DNA from: Pyrodictium abyssi
GTDB lineage: Archaea > Thermoproteota > Thermoprotei_A > Sulfolobales > Pyrodictiaceae
Length of the DNA stretch: 32,000 nt
Direction of reading: 5' to 3'
Assembly: GCF_036323395.1 (NCBI RefSeq)
Contig: NZ_AP028907.1
Span: forward strand, 1,770,001-1,802,000
The position numbers and the translations under genes are program-made. Below are positions 28,366 through 32,000 of the stretch, piece after piece (within the stretch, counting starts at the first letter, position 1; each line of letters opens with the position of its first letter). Below the pieces are notes generated by a model. The model was not told the origin of the DNA and did no database searches. It saw only the letters and a program-made list of their open reading frames with translations.

Positions 28366-29499
28366 CTAGCCCTCCTGGCTTTGCTCCTCTGCTATGCGCT
28401 TTATGGTCTCGGCTATCGCCCTGGCCTGCTCCACTGTCACGGCTGGGTGTACTGGTAGGCTGAGGACCTGCCTGGCTGCTTTCCTGGCTTCGGGGCAGCC
28501 CCTGGGGCAGTCTATGCCGAGCCGCTTGTAGAGCGGCTGGTCTGGTATAGCGCGCGGGTAGTGTACCGCGGTTGCTATGCCGTGTTGGCGTAGTTTCTCT
28601 GCTAGCTGGTCCCGGGTTAGCGGGAAGGCTTCTGTGACGCGGACTACGTACTGGTGGTAGACGTGGCGGGCCCAGGGCTTCTCGGCCGGCGGGGCTATGC
28701 CATCTACACTGCGGAGTATCCTTGTCATTGTCTCGGCGTTCTCTCTTCTGCGCCTGTTCATCCAGTCTAGCTTGCGGAGCTGGGCGCGGCCTATCGCGGC
28801 CGCTATGCTCGTCATTCTCAGGTTGTAGCCTAGCTCTGTGTGGAGGTACTTCTCTGCCTGGCCGTGGTTCCTTAGGAGGCGTATCCTCTCGGCCACCTCC
28901 CTGTCGTTGGTGGTCACCATTCCGCCCTCGCCGGTGGTCATGTTCTTGGTGGGGTAGAAGCTGAAGGCTGCCGCGTCCCCCAGCGAGCCTACGCGGCGGC
29001 CCATGTACTCTGCTCCGTGTGCCTGGGCAGCGTCCTCTATGAGTACTAGCCCGTGGTCCTCGGCTATCTCGCGTAGGGGCTTCATGTCGGCGGGGTGGCC
29101 GTAGAGGTGGACTGCTATTATCGCGCGGGTCCGGGGAGTTATGAGCTCCACCACGCTGTCCGGGTCTAGGTTGTAGGTCTCGGGGTCTATGTCGGCGAAT
29201 ACGGGCCTGGCGCCCTGGTATAGCACCGCGTTAGCGGTGGCTATGAAGCTGAACGGTGTGGTTATCACCTCGTCTCCCGGGCCTATGCGGTAAGCCTTGA
29301 GCAGCAGATCTAGCGCCGCTGTGCCGCTGGAGACCGCGACCGCGTAGTCCACGCCTATGTACTCGGCGAACTCGCGCTCGAACTCCTCCACCTCAGGGCC
29401 GTGGGCTAGCATCCCGGAGCGGAGGACCCGCTCAACCGCCTCCAGCTCCTCGGGGCCTATCATGGGCCGTGCTATCGGGATCAAGACCGGGGCCACCAC
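28366..29499 (-). CDS. DegT/DnrJ/EryC1/StrS-family aminotransferase (WbpE-like candidate)
   Basis: AVAVSSGTAALDLLLKAYRIGPGDEVITTPFSFIATANAV, VLIEDAAQAHGAEY, SFYPTKNMTTGEGGMVTTND. Confidence 0.93.
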   Translation of the reverse strand: MVAPVLIPIARPMIGPEELEAVERVLRSGMLAHGPEVEEFEREFAEYIGVDYAVAVSSGTAALDLLLKAYRIGPGDEVITTPFSFIATANAVLYQGARPVFADIDPETYNLDPDSVVELITPRTRAIIAVHLYGHPADMKPLREIAEDHGLVLIEDAAQAHGAEYMGRRVGSLGDAAAFSFYPTKNMTTGEGGMVTTNDREVAERIRLLRNHGQAEKYLHTELGYNLRMTSIAAAIGRAQLRKLDWMNRRRRENAETMTRILRSVDGIAPPAEKPWARHVYHQYVVRVTEAFPLTRDQLAEKLRQHGIATAVHYPRAIPDQPLYKRLGIDCPRGCPEARKAARQVLSLPVHPAVTVEQARAIAETIKRIAEEQSQEG

Positions 29500-29511
29500 G
29501 CGTCTCCAGCG

Positions 29512-30300
29512 CTACCCCTCAAGGTACGTGTAGAGCTTTATGCCGAGCCTCTGCGCCAGCCTCTCGGCGCGCCTGTCCACGAAGCCGCCGAGTATAGCCA
29601 GCTCGGGCCGGACGCCCTCCTGCTTTTCGTAGAGCCTGGCTATCCTCGATAGCTCGAGTACGTCGCTGGTATCCACTCGGCTCTTCACCTCAACCAAGAT
29701 GTGGACCCCGTCCCTGACCACGACGTCTACTTCCACCTCCGAGGGGTAGCCGTAGACCAGGCCCTCGGCATCGTAGACGCTCCACCGGTGCGCCGTAGCC
29801 CCGAAGTACTCCTCAAGTATGCCTCTCATCGCCTCGCGGAACGCGTGCTCGCTCAGCACGCCGAACCGGTGCGCCACCGTGGCCAGCGTGCGGTCTAGCC
29901 GCTCGAGCCTCTCCTCCACCCTCTGCTGCCTCTCCTCGAGACGCTGCTGGCTCTCCCGGAGCGCCAGCACCTCACGCCAGAGCTTCTCTATCTCCCTCAT
30001 AACCTGCTCCATCCTCTCCTCCAGGCGCTGCTGCCTCTCGGCGAGCCCCGCGAACCTCTCCTCGAGGCGGGCGAATCTCTCCTCAAGCCTAGTAATGCGC
30101 TCCAGTATCTCCCGGTAGCCCAGCAGCCCCATCAACGCGTAGCGGAGTTCTGGGTCGGACTCGACGAGCTCTAGGAGAGCCCGCTTAAGCCTCCCAGCGT
30201 CGATAGTATTGCTGGAGGACAAGGCATAGCCACCGCAGTGAACCCCGTCTAGCCTCCGGGTAGGACGTACGCCTATAGCCGCTAGAAGTAGCTTAGGCAC
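29512..30300 (-). CDS. Coiled-coil protein with C-terminal PD-(D/E)XK nuclease-like domain (DUF3782-like)
   Basis: LEERFARLEERFAGLAERQQRLEERMEQ coiled coil, then SEVEVDVVVRDGVHILVEVKSRVD. Confidence 0.72.
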   Translation of the reverse strand: MPKLLLAAIGVRPTRRLDGVHCGGYALSSSNTIDAGRLKRALLELVESDPELRYALMGLLGYREILERITRLEERFARLEERFAGLAERQQRLEERMEQVMREIEKLWREVLALRESQQRLEERQQRVEERLERLDRTLATVAHRFGVLSEHAFREAMRGILEEYFGATAHRWSVYDAEGLVYGYPSEVEVDVVVRDGVHILVEVKSRVDTSDVLELSRIARLYEKQEGVRPELAILGGFVDRRAERLAQRLGIKLYTYLEG

Positions 30301-30338
30301 CGTAAACCCTTATTAAACACCCCTGCAGCCCTCGATAG

Positions 30339-30728
30339 CTACTCCGATGGGCTACTGAGGTATTCCTCTAGCTCCTGTTCCTCGCGCTCGAGCTCGTCGA
30401 GGTTCTCGGGTATACGCTTGACCCGGAAGACTCCTATCCTGTAGTCGTAGAACTCGCTCGGCTCCGGGGGCTCAACCACAGCCACCAGCTCAGCCTCGGC
30501 GCCCAGGTCCTCGAGGGTGTAGCGTAGGTCGTCTACCCAGTCGTTTATCCCGCACGTGGCGCAGAAGCTCCCCTCGAAGACCACGTAGGCCCGGTCCCCC
30601 TGTATCTTTAGGAGCCGTGCGCGGGACTCTGCGCCGCGGTAGCGGTTGTAGCGGCGTATAGCCAGCTCCATTAGCCGGCGTAGGCGTTGCTCGTAGCCCG
30701 GGTCGCGCCTGACAGCTAGCTGGCTCAC
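30339..30728 (-). CDS. Hypothetical protein with a CATCGINDW motif
   Basis: Long ORF with coherent composition: LKIQGDRAYVVFEGSFCATCGINDWVDDLRYTLEDLGAEAELVAVVEPPE. Confidence 0.6.
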   Translation of the reverse strand: MSQLAVRRDPGYEQRLRRLMELAIRRYNRYRGAESRARLLKIQGDRAYVVFEGSFCATCGINDWVDDLRYTLEDLGAEAELVAVVEPPEPSEFYDYRIGVFRVKRIPENLDELEREEQELEEYLSSPSE

Positions 30729-30875
30729 GGCTGGCTGGCACCCTAGGGTGTAGACACGCTTCCCTTAACACGCGTTAATAAGTGGTTAGCGCCGCCGCGG
30801 GCCGCTGCACATCCTGCAGCGTCGCAGCGGGCTACCCTAGATATACCGGGCACGGCGTATACTCAACCAGGGTGC

Positions 30876-31178
30876 ATGCCCGTGACCGAGCTTAGAGTAC
30901 AGCTCCTCGGCTCCGAGAAGAGAGAAGACCTCTACACGGCCAGGCTCAGCGTAGAGTACGCTGGGCACAGCTACCAGCTAGAAGTCCCCCGCCTGGTACG
31001 CGAGCCCGCGCGGCTAAGCTTCCGGCTCCAGGGCGACTACCTGCTCATCGAGCTATTCGACCGGGAGGACAAGCCCCTAGCAACCTGCTGTATCCACAAA
31101 GGCCACCTGGATAAGGGCTGCCTAGACTGCCCCTCCCTCATACCCCCGCCCCGGGGCGAAGCCCAGGCCTGCAGGTAG
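30876..31178 (+). CDS. Small hypothetical protein with a cysteine-rich C-terminus
   Basis: ELRVQLLGSEKREDLYTARLSVEYAGHSYQLEVPRLVREPARLSFRL...CCIHKGHLDKGCLDCPS. Confidence 0.55.
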   Translation: MPVTELRVQLLGSEKREDLYTARLSVEYAGHSYQLEVPRLVREPARLSFRLQGDYLLIELFDREDKPLATCCIHKGHLDKGCLDCPSLIPPPRGEAQACR

Positions 31179-31438
31179 CCCGGGGGCCGCACCGTTTATC
31201 CCGCCCAGGCGCCCCATAACCCGGCGTGGAGGGCCGTGGGGCTCCCCCGGCCCCGCCCCGCCGACTGGGCCGCGTGCCGGCCCGCCCAGCGACACGGAGG
31301 GGAGGAGGCGGGGACCGGCAAGGCCGGTATACCCTCCACCCCCTACCCCCCTTGTCTGTGCTCCATCCTCTGCGGGGCAGAGCCCTAGGCACTCTGGTAG
31401 CCCCCGAGGGTCCCTCCGTATAGCTGGGCTGGCCAGAG

Positions 31439-32000
31439 ATGGACAAGTGTCTCGAGATACGTGGCGCCTCCAAGCAGTACCCGGGCGGCATAGTGGCAGT
31501 GGACGGTGTAAGCCTCACAGCCAGCTGCGGCACCGTCACCGCGCTGCTTGGGCCCAATGGGAGCGGGAAGAGCACCCTACTAGCCATGGCCGCGGGAGTG
31601 CTGAGGCCTAGCAGCGGAGTCTTCCTCGTCGCCGGGCTCGAGGTCTGGGGGCCCCGTGGCAGGGACGCCCGGAGGCTCCTCGGCTACATGCCGCAGGCTG
31701 AGCCGTTCCACCCGCTGCTCACCGGCTGGGAGAACCTCGCGCTCCACGCCTCCATGAGGGGTGTCCGGCTCGACCGGGGCCTGGTCCTAGAGCTCGCAGA
31801 GGAGCTGGGCCTCGGCCGGGAGGCGCTGGGCCGGCGCGTCGGCGGCTACAGCGGGGGTATGAAGAGGAAGCTCGCGCTCATAGCGGCTGTGCTCCACCAG
31901 CCCCGGGTGCTCCTCCTCGACGAGCCGGACTCGGGTCTTGATCCAGGCTCGCGGCGCCGGCTCGCAGAGGTTCTCCGGCGGCTAGCCCGCAGCGGCGCCG
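31439..32000 (+). CDS. ABC transporter ATP-binding protein, truncated by the window end; not in the supplied ORF track
   Basis: Manual translation: GPNGSGKSTLLAMAAG (Walker A), YMPQAEPFHPLLTGWENL (Q-loop), YSGGMKRKLALIAAVLHQPRVLLLDEPDSGLDPGSR (signature and Walker B). Confidence 0.93.
   Translation, partial: MDKCLEIRGASKQYPGGIVAVDGVSLTASCGTVTALLGPNGSGKSTLLAMAAGVLRPSSGVFLVAGLEVWGPRGRDARRLLGYMPQAEPFHPLLTGWENLALHASMRGVRLDRGLVLELAEELGLGREALGRRVGGYSGGMKRKLALIAAVLHQPRVLLLDEPDSGLDPGSRRRLAEVLRRLARSGA

Noticed and set aside
29820-30120. Apparent short tandem repeats
   Set aside because: Explained by heptad repeats coding the coiled coil of 29512..30300.
31138-31587. 149-aa minus-strand ORF opposite the ABC ATPase start
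   Set aside because: Antisense to clear Walker A coding sequence; composition typical of GC-rich shadow ORFs.

Overview
The window looks like a hyperthermophilic crenarchaeal chromosome, possibly Pyrodictiaceae-like (inferred from coding style only). It has three parts. (A) About 0.1-12 kb is AT-richer and carries a surface-glycan locus: FkbM-type methyltransferase, GT2, sugar nucleotidyltransferase, Gfo/Idh/MocA oxidoreductase, UDP-sugar dehydrogenase, three GT4-like glycosyltransferases and a Wzx-like flippase. (B) About 12-28 kb is strongly GC-rich. It starts with an ATP-grasp gene and continues as a dense toxin-antitoxin island with nine PIN-domain (VapC-like) genes or remnants, one HEPN/MNT pair, one DUF6516 (TumE-like) pair, an orphan DUF2283 protein, and a DUF5678-like plus retropepsin-like protease pair. 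Several modules are broken by single in-frame stops or one-base frameshifts, and parts of intact genes recur as degenerate copies. (C) About 28-32 kb carries a DegT/DnrJ aminotransferase, a coiled-coil PD-(D/E)XK-like protein, two small hypotheticals and the start of an ABC transporter ATPase. I found no CRISPR array, rRNA or tRNA. The best candidates for something under-described are the protease pair, the density and mixed decay state of the TA island, the ATP-grasp fragments scattered in it, and a possible WbpA/B/E-like pathway whose aminotransferase lies beyond the TA island. All family calls are from motif recognition, with no database search run.
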